From Planctomycetota bacterium (GTDB lineage: Bacteria > Planctomycetota > Planctomycetia > Pirellulales > UBA1268), in assembly GCA_046075145.1 (NCBI GenBank), contig JBJTPO010000204.1:1-30109 (forward strand): a stretch of DNA of 30,109 nucleotides. Reading direction: 5' to 3'. How positions within the stretch are numbered: the first letter of the stretch is position 1; each line of letters begins with the position of its first letter. The translations under genes and the position numbers were made by a program. The notes under the pieces were generated by a model. It worked only from the letters and a program-made list of their open reading frames with translations, was not told the DNA's origin and did not search any database. Positions 16,728 through 25,494 of the stretch are shown here, piece after piece.

Positions 16728-16756
16728 TTGACCGTCCGCATGACCGGTGGAAGAAT
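16728..16756 (+). promoter_or_regulatory. Possible sigma70 promoter TTGACC-N17-AAGAAT with extended -10 TG
   Basis: Upstream of a GGAG Shine-Dalgarno (16776) and ATG 16789. Confidence 0.45.
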
Positions 16757-16788
16757 CCTGCGTCTCTTCGGCACCGGAGCCCGCCGCC

Positions 16789-18312
16789 ATGACGGCATCA
16801 CCGACCGCCGGCCACCCGCCGGTCCTCGTCATCGGCGGGATGCACCGCTCCGGCACGTCACTGACTGCGTCGGTCATCGCGGCCGCAGGCATCCACCTCG
16901 GCGACGACCTGATGGCCGCCGGCGCCGGCAACCCGCGCGGGCACTTCGAAGACCTCGCGTTCTATCACCTGCACCAGCGCATCCTGGCCGCCAACGGCCT
17001 GTCGCTGGAAGGGTTCACCTGCCAGGAAACCATCGACGTACCGCCAGCCGCACGGATCGAGGCGAACGAGCTCGTCGCCCGCCGCCGCGGAGCGGGCCGG
17101 CCCTGGGGCTGGAAGGATCCGCGGACGGTGTTGCTGCTCGACTTTTGGGCCGACCTGCTCCCCGAGGCCAGATGGCTGTTCGTGGTGCGGCCTCCCGAGC
17201 AGGTGGTCGACTCGCTGCTCCGCCGCGGTGACACGGCCTTCATCGTGAACCCGCGGCACGCGATCGACGTCTGGGTCGCCTACAATCGCCGGATCCTGGA
17301 GTTCGTGCACCGACACCAGCAGCGGTCGGTCGTCGTGGACCTCGAACAGGTGACCGCCGACCCCGCATCGCTCGTGGCGACCGTGTCCAACCTGATGGGC
17401 ACGGTGCTCTCGCCACCCCCCTCGACCTACGAGGAGGGGCTGCTCGTGTCGGGCCTGCCACCGCATCGCGCGGGGCTGGTGCGGACCGTGCGGCCGGAGG
17501 CGCAGGAACTGCACGCGCAGCTGCGGCGGCTGGCCGGTCTTGAATCGGCCGTGGACGGCGGGCCGTTCAGGCAGACGGAGACCGCCGATGCCGCGCTCGC
17601 CGAGTGGACCATCAGCTGCCGCACCGGGGCAGCCGCCGGACAACTCGCGGCCCGCGAAGCCGACGCGCGACAGGCCGCCGAGCGGCTCGCCGCCGAACTC
17701 GAGACCGAGCGGGCCGCCCGGTCGGAACTCGCCGCCCAGACCGAGACCCTGACGGCCGACCGGTCGGCGATCGTGACCGCCCTCGAGACCGAGCGGGCCG
17801 CCCAGGGCCAGTTGGCAGCCACGCTCGAGACCGAGCAGGCCGCCCACCTCCACGCCCGCGACCGCGCGGCCGAACTCGAACGCGACGTCGCCCGCTGCGA
17901 GCAGGCGATTGTGACGCTCGAGGCACGCTGGAAAGCCGCCACCGCGGACGCGGACGCCGCACTCGACGCTCTGGCGACGCACCGCGCGGCGGAGGCCGAA
18001 GCTCGACTGGCGATCGAGCGGCAGCTGGCCGAGGCCCTGGCCCGGAGCGAGGCGGCGGAACGCACGGCGGCGCGGCTCGAGACCGCGCTCGCGGACCGCG
18101 ACCTCGCGATCCCGCGGCTCGAGGCGGCGCACGCCGAGGCCAGGGCGCGGGCCGAGCAACTCGACGCCGAGGCCACGGCCGCCGCCGGTGAGCGACACGA
18201 CCTCGTCGCTCAACTGGAGGCGGAGCGGGCGATCCACGAGGCGCTGCGGCAGGACATGAACGGCCGGATCGAGGCGGCCGTGACCTGCCGCGACCGGCAC
18301 CGTCCGCGCTAG
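16789..18312 (+). CDS. Sulfotransferase-family domain + C-terminal coiled coil (~507 aa)
   Basis: GGMHRSGTS (5'-phosphosulfate-binding loop), NPRGHFED, WGWKDPRT, VRPPEQVVDS (3'-phosphate motif R-x7-S), then ~220 aa of A/E/L/R heptads. Confidence 0.9.
   Translation: MTASPTAGHPPVLVIGGMHRSGTSLTASVIAAAGIHLGDDLMAAGAGNPRGHFEDLAFYHLHQRILAANGLSLEGFTCQETIDVPPAARIEANELVARRRGAGRPWGWKDPRTVLLLDFWADLLPEARWLFVVRPPEQVVDSLLRRGDTAFIVNPRHAIDVWVAYNRRILEFVHRHQQRSVVVDLEQVTADPASLVATVSNLMGTVLSPPPSTYEEGLLVSGLPPHRAGLVRTVRPEAQELHAQLRRLAGLESAVDGGPFRQTETADAALAEWTISCRTGAAAGQLAAREADARQAAERLAAELETERAARSELAAQTETLTADRSAIVTALETERAAQGQLAATLETEQAAHLHARDRAAELERDVARCEQAIVTLEARWKAATADADAALDALATHRAAEAEARLAIERQLAEALARSEAAERTAARLETALADRDLAIPRLEAAHAEARARAEQLDAEATAAAGERHDLVAQLEAERAIHEALRQDMNGRIEAAVTCRDRHRPR
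17698..17844 (+). repeat. Three 21-bp direct repeats (ctcgagaccgagcgggccgcc, LETERAA) in the coiled coil
   Basis: Copies at 17698, 17782 and 17824 (one mismatch in the third); spacings are 84 and 42 bp, i.e. 28 and 14 codons. Confidence 0.85.
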
Positions 18313-19049
18313 GACTCCTCGAGAGCGTCGCCACGGCCGCGGATCGGCTCGTCCCGCACGATCGCCCCATGGGAAAGCTCGATCACGCGATTGCACTCCC
18401 GGGCGATCAGCTCCGCCGAGTGGGAGGCGATCACGAGGATCCCACTGTGCGACACCAGTTCCCGGATCCGCTGCTCGGCCTGCTGCCGGAACTCGGCGTC
18501 GCCGACCGAGAGCCATTCGTCCATCAGCAGGATGTCGGCCCGCACGCTCGTCGTGATCGCGAAGGCCAGCCGCATCAGCATGCCGGTCGAGTAGGTGTGG
18601 ACCGGCATGTGCAGGTAGTCGCCCAGGCCGCTGAACTCGGCGATGTCGGGAGTGAGCCGGCGGATCGTGCGGCGGTTGAGCCCGAGCACCAGTCCGCGGA
18701 TCATGATGTTCTCGTAGCCGGTGGCCTCCCGTTCGATCCCCAGCATCGGATTGACGAGGCTGGCGATCGAGCCTTCATGGCGATACCGCCCCCGGGTCGG
18801 CGGGTAGACACAGGCGAGCGTCTGCAGGAGCGTCGATTTTCCGGAGCCGTTGTGGCCGACCACCCCGAGCCGGGCGCCGTCGCGAAGCTCGAGCGTGACG
18901 TCGCGGAGCGCCTCGACGACCGTGATCCCGGTGCCCCTGCCGATCCGACCCCCGGTGGCTGCGGCGGTGAGCGTTTTTTTCAACGACTCCCCGTCGGCCC
19001 CGAAGACGGGGTAGTCCACCGACACGGCGTCGAGCGCGATCAGGGTCAT
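18309..19049 (-). CDS. wzt: Polysaccharide ABC transporter ATP-binding subunit, no C-terminal carbohydrate-binding module
   Basis: Walker A GHNGSGKST, signature YSTGM, Walker B ILLMDEW, H-loop ASHS; only 246 aa; follows wzm. Confidence 0.93.
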   Translation of the reverse strand: MTLIALDAVSVDYPVFGADGESLKKTLTAAATGGRIGRGTGITVVEALRDVTLELRDGARLGVVGHNGSGKSTLLQTLACVYPPTRGRYRHEGSIASLVNPMLGIEREATGYENIMIRGLVLGLNRRTIRRLTPDIAEFSGLGDYLHMPVHTYSTGMLMRLAFAITTSVRADILLMDEWLSVGDAEFRQQAEQRIRELVSHSGILVIASHSAELIARECNRVIELSHGAIVRDEPIRGRGDALEES

Positions 19050-19053
19050 CGGG

Positions 19054-19899
19054 TCACACCCAATACACGACCTGGCGACGCCAGCGGGCGTAGAGAACCA
19101 CCGCCACGGCGACGTTCAAGGCGGTGAAGTACAACAGGAAGCGGACGGTTCCCGGTGCCGCATACCCGCCCAACAGCGGCAGCCGCAGGACGTCGAGCAA
19201 CTGGGCGAGCGGGTTGTAGAGAATGAATCGGGACCGCTCCGGCAGCCTCTCTGGGATCCAGAACACAGGTGTCAAGAACATCAGCAGTTGAAGCGAACTG
19301 GCCACGATGTTGGGCACGTCGCGAAACCGGGCCGAGAGCAGGCCGAGCGTGATCGACAGGGCATGAAGATTGACGACCACCACGACGAGGCCGGGCAGCA
19401 CGAGCAGCATCTGCGGGCTCCAGGTGAGCCCCGCCCAGATCGCGACCGGCAGGTAGAGGACCAGGTGATGGGCCAGGAAAAACAGATGCTTGGCCAGGCT
19501 TCGCCAGACGAACACGCTGCGCGGCACGGCTCCCTGCTTGAGGTAGGGGGCCGACGAGATGAACACCTGGCAGCCGTCGTTGATCGAGGTGCTGAGGAAG
19601 TTCCAGAAGATGATGCCCAGCGCCAGGTGCGGATAGAACCGGGCCAGCGGCACGTCGAACAGCGCCGCGTACAGCGGGCCCATCCCCAACAGCATCGCTC
19701 CCATGCTGAGCGTGATCCACCAGGGGCCCAGGAGCGAGCGGCGGTAGCGGAGGACGATGTCGTACCAGGCCAGCGTGCCCCAGAGGTCGATCTGCAGCGT
19801 GCCGCTCCACCAGTCGGACCAGCCGCTCCCGACGGGCTGCAGGTGTTGCGCCGGCTCCGGCAGCCGCGCTGTGGCGACGGTGGCAGGCGGGGCGGGCAC
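19054..19899 (-). CDS. wzm: Polysaccharide ABC transporter permease
   Basis: DIVLRYRRSLLGPWWITL, RFRDVPNIV, FLTPVFW, YNPLAQLLDVLRLPLLG; six TM segments; GTG start. Confidence 0.92.
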   Translation of the reverse strand: MPAPPATVATARLPEPAQHLQPVGSGWSDWWSGTLQIDLWGTLAWYDIVLRYRRSLLGPWWITLSMGAMLLGMGPLYAALFDVPLARFYPHLALGIIFWNFLSTSINDGCQVFISSAPYLKQGAVPRSVFVWRSLAKHLFFLAHHLVLYLPVAIWAGLTWSPQMLLVLPGLVVVVVNLHALSITLGLLSARFRDVPNIVASSLQLLMFLTPVFWIPERLPERSRFILYNPLAQLLDVLRLPLLGGYAAPGTVRFLLYFTALNVAVAVVLYARWRRQVVYWV

Positions 19900-19954
19900 G
19901 GCCGGTCAACCGGGAGGAAGGGGCGGGGCCGGTGGGAAATCGGCCGATTCTTCG

Positions 19955-19983
19955 ACACTAGGCAGACCCGGAATGACCGTCAA
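19955..19983 (-). promoter_or_regulatory. Possible sigma70 promoter TTGACG-N17-TAGTGT for wzm-wzt
   Basis: Good -35 and TAnnnT -10 with optimal spacing in the divergent intergenic region. Confidence 0.55.
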
Positions 19984-20003
19984 GCGAACCGGGGACGAGG
20001 GGC

Positions 20004-21005
20004 ATGAGTGACCTGTCCGCGGCGGGCGAATCAACCCGCGTAACCGTCGTGATCGTCAACTTCAACGGCGGAGCCCACGTGGTCCGCTGCCTGGAGTGCC
20101 TCGCGGCCCAGACCGTGCCGCCCGCGCGGATCGTGCTTGTCGACAACGCCAGTGGCGACGGCTCCTTGGCGGCCTGCCGGGATCTGGTCGCGGCGCGCCC
20201 CGGCCTCGCCGGACGGACGACGATCGCAGCGCTCGAGGCGAACCTCGGCTTCGCGGCGGGCTCCAACCGCGGCCTCGCCCTGGCGGAGACGGAGTTCGTC
20301 GCGCTGCTCAATCCCGACGCCTTCCCGGAGCCCGGCTGGCTGGAGGCGCTCGTGGCCGCCGCCGCCGCCCATCCCGCATGCACCGCGTTCGGGTCGCGGC
20401 AGATGCTCGCCGGCCAGCCGGGCGTGATCGACGGAATCGGCGACCGCTGGCACGTGAGCGGCCTGGCCTGGCGGGAAGGGCACGGGCGACCGATGGAACC
20501 GGCCGACCTCGTCGCCCGCGAGATCTTCTCGCCATGCGCCGCGGCTGCCCTCTACCGCCGTGACGCCGTGCTGGCGGCCGGCGGGTTCGACGAGGACTAC
20601 TTCTGCTTCGGTGAGGACGTCGATCTCGGCTTCCGGCTGCGGATCGCCGGCCACACCGCCCGCTCCGTGCCGGAGGCGGTGGTCGAGCACGTGGGCGGCG
20701 CGAGCTCCGACGGCCGGCTGGCGACCTACCTCGGCCACCGCAACCTGCTCTGGACCCTGGTCAAAAACACGCCTGGGCCGATTTTGCCGGCCGCTTTGCT
20801 CGCGCATCTTTTCCAATCTATCCTTTTGGGACTGGTGCTCGGCTGCCGGGGCCGGGGACGTGCCTTCGCCCGCGCCAAGTGGGATGCCGTGGTGGGGCTG
20901 GGCGGATGCTGGCGGAAGCGACGGGGTGTGCAGGCCGGGCGGCGAACATCGACATGGCGACTTCTCAGGAGCATCGATCTGGCGCCCATGCGCCGGGGCC
21001 GCTGA
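20004..21005 (+). CDS. GT2 family glycosyltransferase (WbbL/GT2-like)
   Basis: VVIVNFNG, LVDNASGDG, NLGFAAGSN, LLNPD, FDEDYFCFGEDVDLGFR, RNLLW. Confidence 0.92.
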   Translation: MSDLSAAGESTRVTVVIVNFNGGAHVVRCLECLAAQTVPPARIVLVDNASGDGSLAACRDLVAARPGLAGRTTIAALEANLGFAAGSNRGLALAETEFVALLNPDAFPEPGWLEALVAAAAAHPACTAFGSRQMLAGQPGVIDGIGDRWHVSGLAWREGHGRPMEPADLVAREIFSPCAAAALYRRDAVLAAGGFDEDYFCFGEDVDLGFRLRIAGHTARSVPEAVVEHVGGASSDGRLATYLGHRNLLWTLVKNTPGPILPAALLAHLFQSILLGLVLGCRGRGRAFARAKWDAVVGLGGCWRKRRGVQAGRRTSTWRLLRSIDLAPMRRGR

Positions 21006-21040
21006 CGCACCCGAAAGACGACGCCGGCTCGCTCGCCCCG

Positions 21041-22024
21041 GTGAGCGTGGTGATCGTCAATCACGACGCCGGCCGACTCCTGGCCGACTGCCTCGCGGCG
21101 GCGCTGGCGCAGGCCCGTCAGGTGATCCTGGTCGACAACGCCTCGCAGCCGGTCCCCTTCGAGGCGGTGGCGGCCCGCTTCGCCACCCATCCACGGCTGA
21201 CGATCCTCCGCTCCCGCGTGAACACCGGCTTCGCCACGGGCTGCAATCAGGGTGCGGCCCGCGCCGATCAATCCACGATTTTGTTTCTGAACCCCGATTG
21301 CATCCTCGGCCCCGGCTCACTGGCGACGCTCTCCCGCGCCCTGGTCACCGGCGACCGGGTCGGCATGGTGGGGGGCCTGCTCACCGATGCCGGTGGCAGG
21401 GAGCAGGGGGGCGCTCGCCGCAGCATCCCGACGCCATGGCGATCCTTCGTGCGCGGCTTCGGACTGGGCAGGCTGAGCTGGCTGGCCCCGCGCTGGTTGT
21501 CCGACTTCTACCTCCACCGCGAGCCGCTGCCGACGCAAGCCATCGACGTCGAGGCGGTCTCGGGTGCGCTCACCATGGTCAGCCGCGAGGCCTTCGATCA
21601 GGCCGGGCCGTGGGACGAGGGCTTCTTCCTTCACTGCGAGGATCTCGATCTCTGCCTGCGGTTTCGCCAGGCAGGCTGGCGGATCCTGTTCGTCCCCGAC
21701 GCGCCCGCCGTACATCACCGCGGGATGTGCGGCCGATCGCGGCCGCTGGCCGTCGAGTGGCACAAGCACCAGGGAATGATCCGCTTCTATCGCAAGCACT
21801 TCCGTCACGCCTACCCGGCGGGGCTGTTCGGGCTGGTAGTCGCGGGCGTCTGGCTCCGATTCGGCTTGGTGGCCGCCCGGCAGACCGTACACCGCTCGCT
21901 CGCGGCGGTCGCCCGGATCGCCTCACGTCCCGACCGCGACGCGGGACCGGAAGCGGATGCGGTACGGGTGGTCGATGCCGTGCGAGTGGCCCGGGCCGCT
22001 CCCGCGCCGACGCTTCCCTCGTGA
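21041..22024 (+). CDS. GT2 family glycosyltransferase (start uncertain: GTG 21041 or ATG 20954)
   Basis: VSVVIVNHD, LVDNAS, NTGFATGCNQG, FLNPD, WDEGFFLHCEDLDLC. Confidence 0.88.
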   Translation: MSVVIVNHDAGRLLADCLAAALAQARQVILVDNASQPVPFEAVAARFATHPRLTILRSRVNTGFATGCNQGAARADQSTILFLNPDCILGPGSLATLSRALVTGDRVGMVGGLLTDAGGREQGGARRSIPTPWRSFVRGFGLGRLSWLAPRWLSDFYLHREPLPTQAIDVEAVSGALTMVSREAFDQAGPWDEGFFLHCEDLDLCLRFRQAGWRILFVPDAPAVHHRGMCGRSRPLAVEWHKHQGMIRFYRKHFRHAYPAGLFGLVVAGVWLRFGLVAARQTVHRSLAAVARIASRPDRDAGPEADAVRVVDAVRVARAAPAPTLPS

Positions 22025-22043
22025 CCGCGGGCCTGCGTCACCC

Positions 22044-22967
22044 ATGAGCGAGGCGGCTCTGGTCGGCGTGATCGGTGCGGAGAGCCTCGTGGGGCGGCCG
22101 CTCGTGCCGCTCCTGTCGCAGACCGCGGGCGGCGTGCTCGCCTGCTCCCGCTCGGCCGCCGTGGCCGCCGAACCATTCCGGGGCGGAGTCCACCGACACC
22201 GAACGGCGGCGCCGCTGCCGGTCGGATCGGCGGGCGTTTCCCGCTGGATCACGCTCTGCCCGCTGTGGGCGGTGCCGGCTCATCTCCGGTGGCTCGAGCA
22301 GCTCGGCGCCGAGCACGTCGTGGCCCTCTCGTCGATGAGTGGCGTCACCAAGGCGGACTCGTCCGACTCGGCCGAGCGGGCGCTCGCAACCCGGCTCACG
22401 GCGGCCGAGGACCGCCTCGTCACGTGGGCTGCCGATCGCGGCATCGGCCTGACGCTGCTCGTGCCAACCATGATCTATGACGGGCGGAACGACGCGAACG
22501 TGGCGGCCATCGCCGATTGGGTCCGCCGCTTCGGCTGGTTCCCCCTCTGCGGCCCGGCGCTGGGTCGGCGGCAACCCGTGCATGCCGAAGACGTGGCCGC
22601 GGCCTGCCTGGCAGCCAGCGACCGGCGACCGCCCCGCACGCGCTACACGCTTTCCGGCGGCGAGGCACTCCCCTTTCGGGACTTGGTCGTGCGGGTCTGC
22701 CGGGCCCACGGCCTCCGGCCGCGAACCGTCCACCTCACGCCCTGGATCTGGCACGTCGCGGCCAGGTTCGCCCGGGGGCTGGGCCTCGCCGGCGGCGCCA
22801 GCGGCGGCATGGGCCGCCGAATGAACGAGGATCTCTCCTGCGACCACGCCGCCGCCGCGGCCGACCTCGACTTCCGTCCCCGGCCGTTCGATCCCGCCGC
22901 CCATACAATCGCGAGCGATGATGGACTAGTCACGACGCGGCCGGACCGACGAAGGGACAACCCATGA
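22044..22967 (+). CDS. Atypical NAD-dependent epimerase/dehydratase-like (SDR) protein
   Basis: Rossmann start VGVIGAESLVG, LLVPTMIYDG, RQPVHAEDVA, YTLSGGE; no YxxxK visible. Confidence 0.8.
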   Translation: MSEAALVGVIGAESLVGRPLVPLLSQTAGGVLACSRSAAVAAEPFRGGVHRHRTAAPLPVGSAGVSRWITLCPLWAVPAHLRWLEQLGAEHVVALSSMSGVTKADSSDSAERALATRLTAAEDRLVTWAADRGIGLTLLVPTMIYDGRNDANVAAIADWVRRFGWFPLCGPALGRRQPVHAEDVAAACLAASDRRPPRTRYTLSGGEALPFRDLVVRVCRAHGLRPRTVHLTPWIWHVAARFARGLGLAGGASGGMGRRMNEDLSCDHAAAAADLDFRPRPFDPAAHTIASDDGLVTTRPDRRRDNP

Positions 22968-24928
22968 GCGACCGTCCAAGGTTCCTGCCTGCCCAACGGT
23001 CGCCGGCAGATTCGCCCGCGGCCCAGCCGTGGGCGTGGCTCGTGACCACGCTGCTCTTGGCGGTGGTACTCGTCGGCGTACACGCCGTGATCGACCCGGA
23101 CGCCTACGACGTGTCGCAACTGCCGCGGCTGCTGGCCGTGATGGCGGGTCTCCTCGTGGCCGCCCCGGCGACGCTCCTCGTGCCGGCGCTCGCCCGGCGG
23201 CTCGACTGGCGGCCTCTCGGCGACCCGCTGGTGGTCGCGGCGGCCGCGTACCTGGCCGCCTGCTGCCTGTCGCTCGTGGTCGCGACCAACGTGTCGGCCG
23301 GCTTCACCGACGTGTTCCGCACGCTCGGCGGTTTTCTCGTGCTCTGCCTCTGCCTGCTCGTGCTGCCGCTCGATCCGGGCTGGCGTCGCCGGCTCTTGGA
23401 AATGGCGGTGGTCGCCACCCTGGCGGCGGTGACCGTGGCCGCCTGGGAGCTCGCCCCGCTCATGGCCGCCGGCACCCTCGGCCGCCGCGATCTCGAGACC
23501 GCGTTCCTGGACGGGATGATGTCGAACGTCAACCTGTTCGCCGGCTATCTGCTGCTGATCGTGCCCTGGTGCCTGTGCGCAGCGGCGGAGTTTCGCGGGG
23601 CCTGGCGGGGCGTGGCCGCGGCGACCGGCCTGGCCGCGGTCGCCACGCTGGCGGTGCTGCAGTCGCGGGCGGACTGGCTGGCCGGGGGGGCCGCGGCGGT
23701 CGGCGTCGCGATCGTGATCCTCCGCCACCGGCAGGCGCTCGGCGTGCCTGCTGGCCTGCGCCGCCCGCTGATCGCGGCGGTGGCATTCCTGCCGCTGGTG
23801 GCCTTGGTCGGCGGCGGGCTCTCGCTCACCGACACGCCCGTCGGCCGGGCCATCGACCGCCTCGTCATCTCCCGACCCCATCAGGCCGGGACTCCGAGCG
23901 ACGGCGGCCGGACGATGGTCTGGGGCATCGCCGCCGAGATGATCGCCGAGCATCCGATCACGGGCGTCGGCGCCGGCAATTTCACGCTGCGGATGCACGA
24001 CTATTTCGGCTCGGACAGGCTGGGGGAAACGCTCGATTTCACGAACCTCTCGAGCGATAACTGGCTCCAGCCCCACAACGACTTCCTTTGGGTGTTCGCC
24101 GAGAAGGGGCTGCCGGGGATCGTGAGCTTCGGGGCGGTGTTCATCCTGGCATGGCTGGCGGTCCAACGCGTGCTCGCCGGCTCACCACCGACTTCCGACG
24201 CCCGGCTCGCGGTGGCGTCGCTGACGGCCTTGGTCGCACACCTCGTGTTCTCGGCGTTCGACTTTCCCCTCGACCGCGTCAGCCACCAGCTGATGGTGGC
24301 CGTGCACCTGGCGGTGCTCGTGCTCCTCAAGCGGGCCGCAGAGCCTTCACCCGGTGAGCCCGTGCGGCTGCCGGGCTGGCTCGTCCTGCCGCCGGTCGTC
24401 GCCGCGACGGCGCTGGGCTGTGTCTACGCCTGGTCGGCCCTCACGCAGGAACACGCGGTGCTTGACACCCGCCGGGCCCAGCAGGCCGGTGACTGGGAGG
24501 CGATGCGAGAGGCCGCCCGCCGGGCCACCACCCCCTGGAAGACGCTGGACTACCTGGCCGTTCCCGTCGCCTTCCTCGAGGGCGAGGCAGAGCGGAATCT
24601 CGGCAACCTCGAGGCCGCGACGGCCTGCTTCGAGCGGGCGATCGCCGCCAACCCGTCGCGGCTCTACACCCTCCAGAACCTGGGCGCGGCCTACGCCCAG
24701 GGGGGCCGGCTCGACGATGCCGTCGATGTCTTCGCGATCGCCGCCGACCGCTACCCCGCCCGCCTCGAACTGCGGCACAACCTCGCCCTGACGCTCGTCA
24801 ACGCAGAGCGGTTTCCCGAGGCGATCGCGGTGATTGAGGACGTGCCCGAGCCGCTCCGAACCGAGGGCATGCGGGAGGCGCTGGCCTTCGCCCGCGAGCG
24901 GGTGGCGGCCGGTCCAGCCGCCGAGTAG
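22964..24928 (+). CDS. O-antigen ligase/oligosaccharyltransferase-family membrane protein with C-terminal TPRs
   Basis: QSRADWLA, GRTMVWGIAAEMIAEHPITGVGAGNF, PHNDFLWVFAEKGLPG (Wzy_C pattern); TPR-like AATACFERAIAANP..NLGAAYAQGGRLDDA..NLALTL. Confidence 0.88.
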   Translation: MSDRPRFLPAQRSPADSPAAQPWAWLVTTLLLAVVLVGVHAVIDPDAYDVSQLPRLLAVMAGLLVAAPATLLVPALARRLDWRPLGDPLVVAAAAYLAACCLSLVVATNVSAGFTDVFRTLGGFLVLCLCLLVLPLDPGWRRRLLEMAVVATLAAVTVAAWELAPLMAAGTLGRRDLETAFLDGMMSNVNLFAGYLLLIVPWCLCAAAEFRGAWRGVAAATGLAAVATLAVLQSRADWLAGGAAAVGVAIVILRHRQALGVPAGLRRPLIAAVAFLPLVALVGGGLSLTDTPVGRAIDRLVISRPHQAGTPSDGGRTMVWGIAAEMIAEHPITGVGAGNFTLRMHDYFGSDRLGETLDFTNLSSDNWLQPHNDFLWVFAEKGLPGIVSFGAVFILAWLAVQRVLAGSPPTSDARLAVASLTALVAHLVFSAFDFPLDRVSHQLMVAVHLAVLVLLKRAAEPSPGEPVRLPGWLVLPPVVAATALGCVYAWSALTQEHAVLDTRRAQQAGDWEAMREAARRATTPWKTLDYLAVPVAFLEGEAERNLGNLEAATACFERAIAANPSRLYTLQNLGAAYAQGGRLDDAVDVFAIAADRYPARLELRHNLALTLVNAERFPEAIAVIEDVPEPLRTEGMREALAFARERVAAGPAAE

Positions 24929-24935
24929 TCCGCCC

Positions 24936-25430
24936 CTACAGCTGCGTCGGGTTGGGGGCGTCGCCGTAGACGGCCTTGGGGTCGAAGGCCTTCTCGTGTT
25001 CGAGAAACTCGAGCGTCGTGCCCGCCTTCCGCTCGGGCCCCAGCGGAACCCTGCGGTAGAAGCAGGAGCGGTAGCCCACGTGGCAGCTGGCCCCGCCGGC
25101 CACCTCGACCCGCAGCCAGACGCAGTCCTGATCGTCGTCGATCCGCATCTCGACGATCTTCTGGACCAGACCGCTGGTGGCCCCCTTGTGCCAGAGCACC
25201 TGCCGGCTGCGGCTGAAGTAGTGGGCCTCGCCCGTCTCGATCGACTTCGTGAGCGCCTCGCGGGTCATCACCGCCACCATCAGGACCTCGCCCGAGTGGT
25301 AGTCGGTGGTCACGCAGGGAATGAATCCCAGGGCGTCGAACTTGGGAGCGAGTTCATGCCCCTCCTCCACCTGCTCGACGGAGTCTCGCCGACCAAAGAT
25401 CGCTTCGTCGTTGTTCGCCGCCGCACTCAC
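24936..25430 (-). CDS. hisI: Phosphoribosyl-AMP cyclohydrolase
   Basis: [33 protein letters not shown]; GGAGG Shine-Dalgarno before the GTG. Confidence 0.95.
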   Translation of the reverse strand: MSAAANNDEAIFGRRDSVEQVEEGHELAPKFDALGFIPCVTTDYHSGEVLMVAVMTREALTKSIETGEAHYFSRSRQVLWHKGATSGLVQKIVEMRIDDDQDCVWLRVEVAGGASCHVGYRSCFYRRVPLGPERKAGTTLEFLEHEKAFDPKAVYGDAPNPTQL

Positions 25431-25494
25431 CGCACACCTCCTGCCGGAACTTTCGAGTCCGTCATCATACCCTCCGGATGCCGGCCTTGGGGCG

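Noticed and set aside
1505-17844. Short repeats (18-bp tandem, 21-bp direct, 114-bp units) as CRISPR or mobile-element signatures
   Set aside because: All are in-frame within coding sequence, have no unique spacers, and no cas or transposase genes are present.
16731-18307. 9-bp direct repeat accgtccgc at 16731 and 18299 flanking the ST-CC gene (possible insertion scar)
   Set aside because: A short GC-rich match is plausible by chance; there is no transposase or terminal inverted repeat.
22904-22909. TACAAT as an internal promoter for the ligase gene
   Set aside because: No -35 at 16-18 bp, and the ligase is already coupled by an ATGA overlap.
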